The position numbers were made by a program, and so were the translations under genes. DNA of 64,000 nucleotides. Source: an uncultured Methanosarcinaceae archaeon. Lineage in GTDB: Archaea; Halobacteriota; Methanosarcinia; Methanosarcinales; Methanosarcinaceae. The stretch is from assembly GCA_963721455.1 (NCBI GenBank), contig CAVRJG010000054.1:128001-192000 (forward strand), written 5' to 3'. Under the pieces are notes generated by a model that was given only the letters and a program-made list of their open reading frames with translations, had not been told where the DNA came from and searched no databases. Shown in pieces: positions 40,279 through 50,866 of this stretch (position 1 is its first letter; the number at the start of each line of letters is the position of its first letter).

Positions 40279-42069
40279 TTACTGCTTGCAGAAGCGAGCC
40301 CCGCTTATCAGTTCATAATACTGTTCAGTAGGAGCTTTCCAGTCCATATCTTTTGCCAGGAGAAAGGCTTCCTTGCAGAGGAGTTTGTACTTTACCCTGT
40401 CATCTATGAAATTCCGTGTAAAGTAGCTGACTGCCAGGGCATATTCAAGGACTGTCTCATAATAGGAGAGGTCTATGTTGTCCACGACTATCACTCCTCC
40501 GAGTACATCTATAAGGGATTCGATTGTCTTTATGGCGTCACTGAAACCGCAGACACGGCTGACAACGCTTGGGGTTCCCTCTTTTCCGGCTTCAAGCCCT
40601 GTGAGCAGGAAGGGGTCATAACGCGAGGGAAAAATGCCTGCACAGCAACCTGCCATAAATTCCCCAACTTCCATACCGAGCCCTCCATCGGATGTTGAGA
40701 GAATCTGCGGATACAGAAGTGCTGCAACCGAGCGCTTTCCTCTTACCATTTTCGAAAAATCAAGTCCTTTCTCCTCGATCATCTGCTGAATCCTGAGTTC
40801 GTTTCCCACAAGTATTTCTTTTGGCAGGTTGACAGGAAATCCTGCAGGAAGGTTTGTTTTTTGTCCTTCTGCGGTAACAAGGAAACAGATTACCCTGGTT
40901 CCTTCTTGCATATGCCCTTCCAGAATACTGTTCTTTATTATATGCTCAAGAGCGACAAGGGAATCGAGAAGGTCCGGATACCCTTTATTTTCTATTTCTA
41001 TGCGGGAGATTGTGAAAATCGGGATTATCTTTTCGGGTTCTATCCTTTCCCCTCCGTGATATTTGTACAGGTTTTCGGAAAGGAACTTTCTGATCCGTTC
41101 AAGGCATCTTTCTTTCAGGTTCCAGTCTATTTTATCGGATTCTATAGTTATTCCGTTTCTGATCACAATCCCGTTAATCCCGTAAAACAGCCTGGCTTCC
41201 TGCCGGGTCGACTCCCCTACTGCGGTAATCGTATCAGCATATGATGCAAGGGCTTCGAGGGCAGCCAGGTTTTCAGGCACTCCGGGAGGCCATGTACTGT
41301 CATTCTTCCTCCTTTTTTGAATGGAATTGTATCCGGCAGTCCTTCCGGGCAGAGTCGCATGCAGGGTTGCAACAGTACTTACCGGAATTCCAAGTTTTTT
41401 TAGCCTGGCTAACGCATAAAACACCCCGAATTCATGGCAGTGCAGGGAGACACCAGGGCAGGGGCTGAAATCCTGAATTGAGGTTGTTTCTCCGGTTTCG
41501 GCACTTTCCGAAGCCGAACTTACAAGGAGCCGGATAAGCTCGGAAATTGCATAGGAAAGGGAAAGGTAATGGGTATATTCCGGACCATTTGAGATACTCT
41601 CATATTTCAGGGAATCAAGCCCAAGGTGTTCGTAGGCTTCAGCTTTGATCCTGCTTTCGAGTGTCATCTCTTTTCCCATGTATGTTGAGCGTATCTTCCC
41701 GAAATCAGAGGTTTGAAACTGCAGGTAGCCTACTCTGGTTTTCCCTACCAGTTTTTCTCCTGTAAACACTTTGATGCCTGACTTTTCAAGGGATTCCAGG
41801 CTTTTTTGAAGCTCCCCTCCAATATTTAGCGGGCTAAACCCCTCCATACTCGTAATCCGGTTCAGCCCCCGGTTCCAGTCCGCACCCCTGTGCCCGTAAT
41901 AAGGACCCGCAACAAGAATCTCTTTCTCTTCTTTTGTATCCAATATGCCGGAATCTAAAAGAGCCGCAAGGGTATGTGCCTCTTCATGAATGACATTCCA
42001 GATTCCGCCCATTTTGTTTGATTTAGGGCCTGCTTCTTCCCCGGCGATTATGACCAAATGCTTTCCCAA
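40279..42069 (-). CDS. Glycogen synthase-like (GT3-related) glycosyltransferase
   Basis: NKMGGIWNVI, HCHE, HATLPGR, RIEIENKG.D, GIFPSRYDPF. Confidence 0.8.
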   Translation of the reverse strand: MGKHLVIIAGEEAGPKSNKMGGIWNVIHEEAHTLAALLDSGILDTKEEKEILVAGPYYGHRGADWNRGLNRITSMEGFSPLNIGGELQKSLESLEKSGIKVFTGEKLVGKTRVGYLQFQTSDFGKIRSTYMGKEMTLESRIKAEAYEHLGLDSLKYESISNGPEYTHYLSLSYAISELIRLLVSSASESAETGETTSIQDFSPCPGVSLHCHEFGVFYALARLKKLGIPVSTVATLHATLPGRTAGYNSIQKRRKNDSTWPPGVPENLAALEALASYADTITAVGESTRQEARLFYGINGIVIRNGITIESDKIDWNLKERCLERIRKFLSENLYKYHGGERIEPEKIIPIFTISRIEIENKGYPDLLDSLVALEHIIKNSILEGHMQEGTRVICFLVTAEGQKTNLPAGFPVNLPKEILVGNELRIQQMIEEKGLDFSKMVRGKRSVAALLYPQILSTSDGGLGMEVGEFMAGCCAGIFPSRYDPFLLTGLEAGKEGTPSVVSRVCGFSDAIKTIESLIDVLGGVIVVDNIDLSYYETVLEYALAVSYFTRNFIDDRVKYKLLCKEAFLLAKDMDWKAPTEQYYELISGARFCKQ

Positions 42070-42284
42070 ATCCTAATCCCCCAATGTATTTTTGCCATTC
42101 AGTTCTGTATTTATATTTTAATTCGCCTGTGAATATTAAAACTTATCAATCGAAAAAGAAACTTGTAAGGGACTGTAAGAGATACAGAAGAATACGTTGA
42201 AATTCGTGGCGGGCAGTCTGCTGAAAATTATTGAAAAAAGAAAAGGCTTGAAAGCCAGAGAGTAAGTGCGGGAAAAGGAATTTT

Positions 42285-43079
42285 TCAGGCACCGGCATCA
42301 AGTACCGAAGTCTTTGTTTTCGCATAGCAGCTTTCCACAAGCTTCATGGTTCCTTCGAGGTCAGTAATCTCAAACTCAAAGAGTCTGGAAAATTCCCTGA
42401 CGCAGGCTTCGAAATCTTTCTCATAGGCAAGGCCTGTGTTTATCCTTGCAACTCTTTTGTATCCGGCATGATCAAAGACGAATTTCGACATGCTGATATC
42501 ATCCGGGTCCTGGTTCAAGCCTGCGGTCCTTATCATTTCCCTCCAGTTTACAGCCCACATCGGAGTCAGGAAAAAGGTGCCTACTCCCCTGCAGCTTTTC
42601 AGGGCTTTGAGGTACTGTCCCCTGCCTCCGAGCACGGCACCTATGCAGTCGTCCACGATTTCCCCGTCTTCTTCTTTGAGGATGCAGACCTTACAGTCCA
42701 GGGCTTTAAAATCCTCTTCAATTTTCCCGAGCACATTTCCGCAAAGCCCGTAAAAGAGCAGGATTCCGTCCGAGCGCGGAGCCATTGCCTCCACTTTTGA
42801 ATAAACCGTCCTTTTAAGGTTTTCAGGGATTGCATGCAGGGCAAGTTCAAGCATGTATATGTTCAGAGTGAGGCCTTTTTCTTCCTGCTTTTCCGGGATC
42901 TCTTCAAGCGGCAGGGCTGTGTATGGAATTCCTGCTTCTGCCATTTTTCTCGTGATGCCTACACAATCTTGGTTTTCCACTACAAGCACTTTTTCAATTT
43001 CAGGGTCGTTTTCAAGCAGGTGAATTATCTCGTCTTCGAACATCCTGCATCCGATAATACTAATTACTGGCATGCGCAA
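42285..43079 (-). CDS. DUF1638-like protein
   Basis: LALH, YGLCGN, DDCI, TFFLTP.W. Confidence 0.8.
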   Translation of the reverse strand: MRMPVISIIGCRMFEDEIIHLLENDPEIEKVLVVENQDCVGITRKMAEAGIPYTALPLEEIPEKQEEKGLTLNIYMLELALHAIPENLKRTVYSKVEAMAPRSDGILLFYGLCGNVLGKIEEDFKALDCKVCILKEEDGEIVDDCIGAVLGGRGQYLKALKSCRGVGTFFLTPMWAVNWREMIRTAGLNQDPDDISMSKFVFDHAGYKRVARINTGLAYEKDFEACVREFSRLFEFEITDLEGTMKLVESCYAKTKTSVLDAGA

Positions 43080-43219
43080 TTCCTCCTATTTTTCCATGGA
43101 AGCTGAGGGGAGTCCCGGGTTCTCGTGCAATATTCAATTCATTTGATCTATTATTACAATATCCGATTTATTTTTTATATAATAAAACGTATTAAAATGT
43201 AAATATGTTCCCTTCCGTA

Positions 43220-44698
43220 GTGAACTACCCCTCCCTGCCTGATGGCGAGGAAGGGGCTTCCTACGAGTATTTACGTCATCTGAGGATTGGATTCTAAGAA
43301 TCTAATCGACATCGGTAAACCTGTTTGTCGTAGGTTCTCAGCGAATTGCTGAAAGCTTGTCCACAAAGCATTCTGTAATAGGAAATTATACATGATATTG
43401 ATTGCACTATTTTGATCTCTATCAATATAATTTCCACAATTACATTCCATATTTCTTTTCCATAATGGCATCTCATGGAGTTTTCCACAGACATAACACA
43501 TTTTGGAAGTATAGCTTTCATCAATTTTTGTTACTCTTTTACCTATAAGTTCAGCTTTATAGGTCAAAAATTCGATGAAGCGGGATAGGTATCCCTGATT
43601 TTGAGTTACCTCTATTCATAGCTCTTTTCTTTTTACCTTTAAGTTTTTTGGATTGAGCCATATTCTTAACTGCAAGTTTTCCAATAATTATGGTATTAGC
43701 TTTAGTATTGTTAACCATTTTTTTGGAAAGTTTATGTTGGAAATCTTTAAGTTGATTAGATTTTTTCTTTTCCATTTTCCTGTAATTACTATGAAGCTGT
43801 AGCCATTTCCTACTTTTCTTTTTGCAATGATCCCTTCGGGATTTGATTTTATCCATTTTTGGTTGCCAGTACTTATCAGGTCTTGGAGTCATTACCTCAT
43901 GGATTTTTCCTTTAAGGTTGATACAGGTTACTATTTTTGTGATCCCTGCATCTATAGCCTGATAATTACCATTATCAACATATTCAGGAGTAGCTACTTC
44001 ATAAGTTACAGAAATATAGAAATTTCCTTTTGCATGATATGGATCATCATTATAGATTTCCACTTGCTTGATATTAGGAAATACTTTAGCAATTTCAAAA
44101 TAAAGAGGAATATCACTAACATTATGGGAAAAACTAATTCTTCCATTAGTGATTTTGAAACCACTTTGGTTATAAGGAATTGTTTTGAAAAAGTTTCTAC
44201 TTCGGAAATTCGGAGGTCTTGCAGTAACATCTCCATTTTTCCTTAGACCAAAAAAAGACTTATAATTAGCATCAAGTTTTTTGAGAACACCTTGTAGAGT
44301 TTTGGAATACACTATCTTGTATTCAGGATTCTTTTTCTTGAACTCTGAAAGTTTGTTCTGTTGATCTACATACTTGATGCTTTTTCTATCGTTTTTCCAT
44401 GCATCTTTTCTTTCAGCTAAGGCTAGATTATACAAAGAACAACATCTATCCGAAAGTTCCCAAAGGACTTTCAGTTGTTCTTCGGTTGGATATATCTTAA
44501 CCTTGGCTGTTAGACGCATATTAGTATATAAATACTTATTATAAATATAAATAGATTTTCTGAATTAAAAAACGTTAATAGTTTATAAGTTAATCAAAAT
44601 ATCTGCTACTGTGCGAGGCTTCGCTTTCATCTCCCACCTGTCGGGCTGATGCCCTCCGAGGAAGGGGACTTCCCGCTTGCGCCTCCGCACTCCCAAAG
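43220..44698 (-). mobile_element. IS200/IS605-family (IS1341-type, tnpB-only) element
   Basis: Right end GGGGTAGTTCAC at 43220. Both ends carry hairpins sharing CGAGGAAGGGG(A)CTTCC. AT-rich tnpB inside. Confidence 0.85.
43271..44519 (-). pseudogene. tnpB: TnpB RNA-guided nuclease, +1 frameshift near 43607
   Basis: KIYPTEEQ, LYN, AIDAG, YTSKMCYVCG, CNCG, DRDQNSAINI. The two ORFs join (415 aa) if one base is removed. Confidence 0.9.
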
Positions 44699-45399
44699 TT
44701 AAAATATAGACTTCAATATAAGGTTATTTTGATATGCCTGCGTTAGTACTTTTTTCATTTTTATTCTATGGCCTGCTTTGTCGGTTCAAAAGGCCTGTGT
44801 TATCTGATCATGGTTTAACGGTTGTGGCTGCGGAATAATTTTCTTCAGATCAGGGCCTGGTAGTAACCTTTTTTGGTTCGGGTGCAAAAAATCTGACTTT
44901 ATTGAAAAATCAGTGAAAAACATCATAATTAGGAAATTTAATCAATTTTATAAAGGCGAAAATAGTACATGAAGGTTAAAATATGGTATCAAACTAAGTA
45001 AATATTATTTTTGCAACAGAACCGATGAAAGTCGCCACTCCACCTATAGGGTCGACAATGACAAAGATAGATATGAATGTATAGATAAGAAACCCGAGGT
45101 TTTCGGCTATCACTTTATTTCTCCCGCCGTTTTTCCATGCATTTACTTATACATATAATTTATTCTGTAATAATATTTACCGATAGGTGGATAAACCATT
45201 GATCAAATCTGAAAAAGCGAGCACATCCCTGGGATATGGAAAAAATACAGAGATTCCTCTGCTTACAGTTTTCAGTAACTCAACCCTGCAAACTAGAGTT
45301 GACTTTTAAAAAGATAAAAATAAAGAAATAATATGTACCTACAGAGCACCAAAAATAGTCGGAAACAGAAAAGAATATCAAGAAGCCTTACGGCTTCTT

Positions 45400-48303
45400 T
45401 TACTCTTCTTTCTTCGCCTGCTCAATATAAATCGCAGGCCTCAGAGGTTCTGCAAACCTGGACTTCTTCTCAGGGTCGTAGGCAGGAGAATCGGCACTGT
45501 GGATCTCAACAGGGCAGCCGATTTCTTTTTCCAGGAAGGAAGCTGACTCTTGCAGGAGAACCTGCTCATCGAGGCCAGGACCGGCAAAGATTTCGTACCT
45601 GTCTGCCCCCCCGCTTTTGAACTCCGGAACAATCTTCTGCACGAACTTCGGGATATCCTTGCTGAAACGTTTCAGGTCAGGGTTTGCCATCAGCGTTTTA
45701 ATAAGGGTGCCTACATCGAGGGAAGCTTCGAGCTGCATTTCGCAGGCGCACTTAACGGCTGCGGCTTTCCAGGCAGGGGCTGTGTAGAGGTGAACCTTCT
45801 GCGGGGTCATCTTTGTTACCCTTATGATCTCCTCAACGTCTTCCAGGGTTCCCTTGACCATTTCTTCGGCAAGTTCTGCGCCATCGTCTATCAGGTCTTC
45901 ATTATAGAGCGGGTACTGAGCAAGGGAGATCTTGTCTTCGTGCCCCATAGCTTCCCAGATTTCCTCACAGAGGTGCGGGGTAAAGGGAGTCATAAGCCTG
46001 ACCCAGTTGTCCAGCACATAGTAGGGCAGGGACTCTCCGCCTCTTCTCTGATACCATTTGACATCGTTTATGAGCAGGAAGAAAGAATTCTGGATAGCTT
46101 CCCTGGTCTGGATAGCGTCAAGGGCAATATTAGTCTCCCTGATATGGTTCTGCATTCTCGAAAGCATCCAGCGGTCGATCTGCTTTAGCTCCGTGCTCAG
46201 GTTTGCACGTTTTCCACTCTCGATAACATCCTTTGCAAACGAGTAAAACCTGTCCACCTGCCGCCTGGCAGAATCAATTCCTGCTTTATGCCAGTCTGCG
46301 TCTTGAGTCTGTTCGGCTGTGGAAAGGATGTACAACCTTGTTATATCTGCACCATACTCGCTGACTGCGCTTTCAAGGGTCAGGATCGGGCCTTTGGACT
46401 TGCTCATCTTCTGTCCCTCAAGGGAGACAAAGCCGTTTACTGCAAGGGCTCTTGGCCAGTTTTCTTCCTCAAAAAGGGCTACATGGTGGAAGAGGAAGAA
46501 AAGCAGGTGGTTCGGGACAAGGTCCTTTCCGGAAGAACGCAGGTCAACCGGATACCAGTACATGAAATGACTGCGGATTTCCTCCAGAAGTCCCGCATCA
46601 AGGCCAGTATCCGCAGAAACTGCATTGGAATCACCTTTCCCTAGCAGGACATAGTCGAAGAATGACAGGGTAAGCTGCTCAAGAGCAAGGTCACCCTTTT
46701 CGATGAACCTGGCAATAATGTAATAGCTCATGTAAATTGTCGAATCCCCGAGGGACTCAATCAACCATTCCTTATCACAGGGAAGGCGGGTTCCAAGGCC
46801 TTTTCTGCGGGCGCAGGCTTTATCCTTAAGCCAGTCAACCTTATTCTCGAATTCGACCCTGTACTCTGCAGGGATAATCCGCATCTGGCTGAGGCATCTG
46901 TAAACCTTTGCTTTCCATTCAGGGTTTGAATAATTAAGGAACCACTGGCCTTTCACCATATTTACGACACATGGCGTGCCACAGCGGCAAACTATAGGCT
47001 CGCTGAATTCGTAGAAGTTCTCTCCTGCGTTTGAGCTAATGAAGTCCTTTGTGAGGATATCCTTAATCTTGGAGACAGCATGTCCTTCGTATTTTCCTGT
47101 AATCTCCTTAAGGACTCCTCCGTGGAACTCTCTCCTGTACACGATCTTTGTGGCTTCCTCTGCCCTGGGGTCTTTCTGGCTTGTTACCCCCATATTTTCC
47201 ACGATTTCTTTTGCAGGGAATTCCCCAAACTCAGGCACTTTTATAAGGGAAATAAGTTCGATTTTCCTGAGGTCTTCGGTTATCCCGTACTCGCTCAGAT
47301 CAGCGTCATAAAGGTCGCGGAGGGCCAGGTAGTCAAAGGGGGCATGTGCAGGCACGCTCATAACTATTCCGCTTCCGTTTTCAGGCCTGACAAAGGATGC
47401 AGGAAGGGAGATTACTTCGTCGTCTGTTACCGGGTTTGTGAGTTGGATCCCTATTATGGATTTTGCAGGTACATCCTCGATATACTCAACTGTCCGGTCC
47501 GTAAAAGTGAGTTTTCTGAAAGCTTCCTTGCTGACAACCCAGAACTCTTCGTTTCCGTCCTTTTCGACTCTTGCCTTTACGTAATCCACGTCCGGGTTGA
47601 CCCACAGGTTAGTTACTCCGTATGTCGTTTCCGGCCTGAGAGTGGCACAGGGGAGAACGAGGTCTTTATACCTGAACTTTATCAGCGTATATTCGATAAT
47701 CGTAGCTTCTTCCCCGTACAGGATGTCGTGGTCCTCCACAGGGTTATTGTCATTCGGACACCATTTTACCGGATGGGAGCCCTTCACGATCAGGCCCTTT
47801 TCTTCAAGCCGGATATACTGCCACTCAATGAACTTTTTGTAAGTTGGGTCAGTTGTCGTGAACTTGCGCCTCCAATCAATGGAGTACCCTATCATACGCA
47901 TGGCTTTCTCGGCTTCATGCTTGAAATAGTCAACAATTTTTTCAGGAGTATCGAGCGTTGGCAGGATATCCCCTGGAATCCCATGCAGCCGTTCATAGAC
48001 GTCCATTGTCTGGGGGTCCCGGCTTGCAATCAATTCGGCAAGCCCGACAATAGGCGTGCCTGTCACATGAAAGCCCATAGGGTAAAGCACGTTGTACCCG
48101 AGCATCCGCTTGTGCCTTGCCACAACATCGCCTATTGTAAAGGTCCGGGTATGTCCTGCATGCAGATTCCCGTTCAGGTAGGGGTAGGGGATCGTTATGA
48201 AAAACTTTTCCCGCTTATCGGGCTCAGCCTGGAAAATCCCGCTCTCAGTCCATTTTTTCTGCCATTTCGTTTCGATCTCGTGAGGCTTATAGTCCTGCTC
48301 CAT
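45400..48303 (-). CDS. leuS: Leucyl-tRNA synthetase
   Basis: PYPYLNGNLHAGH, TLRPET, GKDLVPNHL, KMSKS. Confidence 0.98.
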   Translation of the reverse strand: MEQDYKPHEIETKWQKKWTESGIFQAEPDKREKFFITIPYPYLNGNLHAGHTRTFTIGDVVARHKRMLGYNVLYPMGFHVTGTPIVGLAELIASRDPQTMDVYERLHGIPGDILPTLDTPEKIVDYFKHEAEKAMRMIGYSIDWRRKFTTTDPTYKKFIEWQYIRLEEKGLIVKGSHPVKWCPNDNNPVEDHDILYGEEATIIEYTLIKFRYKDLVLPCATLRPETTYGVTNLWVNPDVDYVKARVEKDGNEEFWVVSKEAFRKLTFTDRTVEYIEDVPAKSIIGIQLTNPVTDDEVISLPASFVRPENGSGIVMSVPAHAPFDYLALRDLYDADLSEYGITEDLRKIELISLIKVPEFGEFPAKEIVENMGVTSQKDPRAEEATKIVYRREFHGGVLKEITGKYEGHAVSKIKDILTKDFISSNAGENFYEFSEPIVCRCGTPCVVNMVKGQWFLNYSNPEWKAKVYRCLSQMRIIPAEYRVEFENKVDWLKDKACARRKGLGTRLPCDKEWLIESLGDSTIYMSYYIIARFIEKGDLALEQLTLSFFDYVLLGKGDSNAVSADTGLDAGLLEEIRSHFMYWYPVDLRSSGKDLVPNHLLFFLFHHVALFEEENWPRALAVNGFVSLEGQKMSKSKGPILTLESAVSEYGADITRLYILSTAEQTQDADWHKAGIDSARRQVDRFYSFAKDVIESGKRANLSTELKQIDRWMLSRMQNHIRETNIALDAIQTREAIQNSFFLLINDVKWYQRRGGESLPYYVLDNWVRLMTPFTPHLCEEIWEAMGHEDKISLAQYPLYNEDLIDDGAELAEEMVKGTLEDVEEIIRVTKMTPQKVHLYTAPAWKAAAVKCACEMQLEASLDVGTLIKTLMANPDLKRFSKDIPKFVQKIVPEFKSGGADRYEIFAGPGLDEQVLLQESASFLEKEIGCPVEIHSADSPAYDPEKKSRFAEPLRPAIYIEQAKKEE

Positions 48304-48550
48304 TCATGTTCACGCCCATCGATTATTTTGATGTTAAAAGAATCTGAATACAATCGTAAGAATATGAATAATAACAGTAAACGGTTTCAGGAAACAAATA
48401 AGCTATCTCAAGAAACCTTAAACGATTGAAGGGTACCGGAACCGGATTATATCGACTTTTCAACGGTTTACGGTACCGGCACTAACTAAAATACTTATCT
48501 TTCGACCTATCTCTGTAATCGAATTTCTAATAAAATCTGTCTTTCAGGTT

Positions 48551-49768
48551 TTATTTCGCCTTTCCGAAGATAGCTTCCCGGATGGATTCTATATTGGCAT
48601 CCACAACAGTCGGTTCCTCGCAGATATCAATCACAGCCTGCGGGTCTTTAAGCAGGTGCCCTGTGGTGATGCAGACAACGGTTTCGTCCCTGCTTATAAT
48701 GCCCATATCAACAAGTTTCTTAAGCCCTGCGACCGAGGCTGCACTTGCAGGTTCGACACCTATGCCTTCAAGCCTGGCTAGATCCTTCTGGGCTGAAAGA
48801 ATTTCTTCGTCAGTGACAGATTCCGCAGTCCCTCCGGATTCCCGGATTGCGCTCAGGGCTTTTTTCGCGTTAACAGGGTTTCCGATCCTGATTGCTGTTG
48901 CAACTGTTTCAGGTTTCTCTTCAGGAGTGATCTCCGGAGCCCCGCTCTTTATGGCTTTTACGATGGGGCAGGAGCCTTCTGCCTGAATTCCGGTCATCTT
49001 AGGGAGAGAATCGGTTATGCCGAGTATCTTAAACTCCCTGAAACCCTTATAAATAGCAGTAATATTCCCTGCGTTTCCTACGGGCAGGACAATCCTGTCA
49101 GGCACCCTGAAGCCGAGCTGGTCTGCAATCTCAAAGCCGATAGTTTTCTGGCCTTCCAGCCTGTAAGGGTTGATCGAGTTCAGGAGATAGATCTTTTCCT
49201 GGGAGCAGAGCGTACGCACAAGGGTAAGTGCGTCGTCAAAATTTCCGCGGATGCTGAGAACTTTTGCGCCGTGCATCAGGGCCTGGGCAATTTTTCCCAG
49301 AGCTACTTTTCCTGCAGGCAGCAGCACGATCACAGGAATTCCGGCTTTTGCCCCATAGATTGCAAGGGCTGCAGAAGTGTTTCCTGTAGATGCACAGGCA
49401 ACGGTACTCATGCCCAGTTCGAGCGCTTTCGTGACCCCGACTGTCATCCCCCTGTCCTTAAAAGAACCTGTCGGGTTCATACCTTCGTGCTTCACATAGA
49501 GCTCTTTAATCCCTATTTTTTCAGCAAGGCGGTCGCATTTATAAAGGGGCGTCCCACCTTCCCTGATAGTTACAGGCTCCCTTTCTACAGGAAGAAGTTT
49601 TGCGTACTTCCAGACCGAGGGGCATTCGGTCTTCAGTTTTTCCATGTCAATTTTAATTGAGGAATAGTCATAAATAACATCAAGCAGCCCGTCACATTTG
49701 CTGCATGTATAGATTACTTCATCTTTGGAATACTCTGCACCGCACTCGATACATTTGAGATAATACAT
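48551..49768 (-). CDS. thrC: Threonine synthase
   Basis: NPTGSFKDRG, ASTGNT, PVGNAGN, EPASA, TGHLLKD. Confidence 0.96.
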   Translation of the reverse strand: MYYLKCIECGAEYSKDEVIYTCSKCDGLLDVIYDYSSIKIDMEKLKTECPSVWKYAKLLPVEREPVTIREGGTPLYKCDRLAEKIGIKELYVKHEGMNPTGSFKDRGMTVGVTKALELGMSTVACASTGNTSAALAIYGAKAGIPVIVLLPAGKVALGKIAQALMHGAKVLSIRGNFDDALTLVRTLCSQEKIYLLNSINPYRLEGQKTIGFEIADQLGFRVPDRIVLPVGNAGNITAIYKGFREFKILGITDSLPKMTGIQAEGSCPIVKAIKSGAPEITPEEKPETVATAIRIGNPVNAKKALSAIRESGGTAESVTDEEILSAQKDLARLEGIGVEPASAASVAGLKKLVDMGIISRDETVVCITTGHLLKDPQAVIDICEEPTVVDANIESIREAIFGKAK

Positions 49769-50189
49769 TAAATGTCTCCTGTGTCTGATAATTTTGAATT
49801 ATTCGGATGCCGGGTTTCAAGCCACGCCCGTTTCAGGTTAGTAAAACCCGGACTTCCGTTCAGCATAATCTGGATTTCGGATTAGTATAATATTAGAGTT
49901 TAATAATATTTTGTATCCTTAACACTCTACTTACTTTTAAATTATACTGTTTTTTAAAATTGTACTATTTTCAGGCTTTATTCTTTATAATATTCCGTCA
50001 GCAGCGGTTATACAGTGCAAGCCCAGGATTTTCAGAAGGTTATGAAGTACTAAGGATATTACAACTGGTGACATTTTTTGGAAGCACTGACGCAGAGTTA
50101 AGACCGGAAGGGCAGAGGTAAAGGTACCAGGTTTTAAAAGATGACGAGAAGTTAAGGTATTTCTAAAGGTTCAGTTTTTCAGCCTGCTT

Positions 50190-50501
50190 TCAATCCAGCT
50201 GATATTCTGTGACTTCCTTGCTGAGGAAATAACCAAGAACTGTTCTTATCAACACGACCGTACCCAGCAGGAGCAGTTCTTCCTGAGAGGGATTCAGTAC
50301 GGTTTCCAGGACATCGGCTGCAATGAAAAACTCAAGCCCGAAGACAATCTTGTTTGTAAGCTCTTTTCTTACTTGCTGGTAGCTGTAATGTTTCTTCAAA
50401 ACTTCAATGAGGATAACCCCTGAAATTGACCTTAGTCCACCGTATATTATGAGGAGAGAGCCCACAATATTGAACAGAAGTGAGAACGCGTTGATAAACA
50501 A
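50190..50501 (-). CDS. DUF1622-like membrane protein
   Basis: GLEFFIAADVLETV..P, IRTVLGYFL..E. Confidence 0.8.
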   Translation of the reverse strand: MFINAFSLLFNIVGSLLIIYGGLRSISGVILIEVLKKHYSYQQVRKELTNKIVFGLEFFIAADVLETVLNPSQEELLLLGTVVLIRTVLGYFLSKEVTEYQLD

Positions 50502-50866
50502 GCCTTCAAAAAATTCGAATATCCTTTTACCACCCCCTTAAAAGCCAGACCGTGAAATCCGGAAAAAACTCCCGATTAGCATTTATTTCTTTGGAATATA
50601 TATTCTTCCTGTATTTACCCTTCAAATCCTATTCAGGAAATAAATTCGATGGAGATAAAACTTGTTTTTTGCGGAAACATAGTTATATAGCAGAGCTTTA
50701 AGAGAAAATAGGATATTAACTAAGTTAAACGAGCATAAAAAAGAAACTCGGAAGGAAAAGATTTAGTTTTGTCTCCTTCCGGGCCGAGTTAACTGATAAG
50801 GCTTACCGAGTTACCTGATCAGGCTTAGAGTGATCGTCTTCCGGACAGAATGTTTTTCCGAACGGT

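Noticed and set aside
47080-48429. 449-aa ORF antisense to leuS, and similar antisense ORFs over OFOR, eIF2-gamma and pepN
   Set aside because: Shadow frames of conserved genes with no recognisable motifs.
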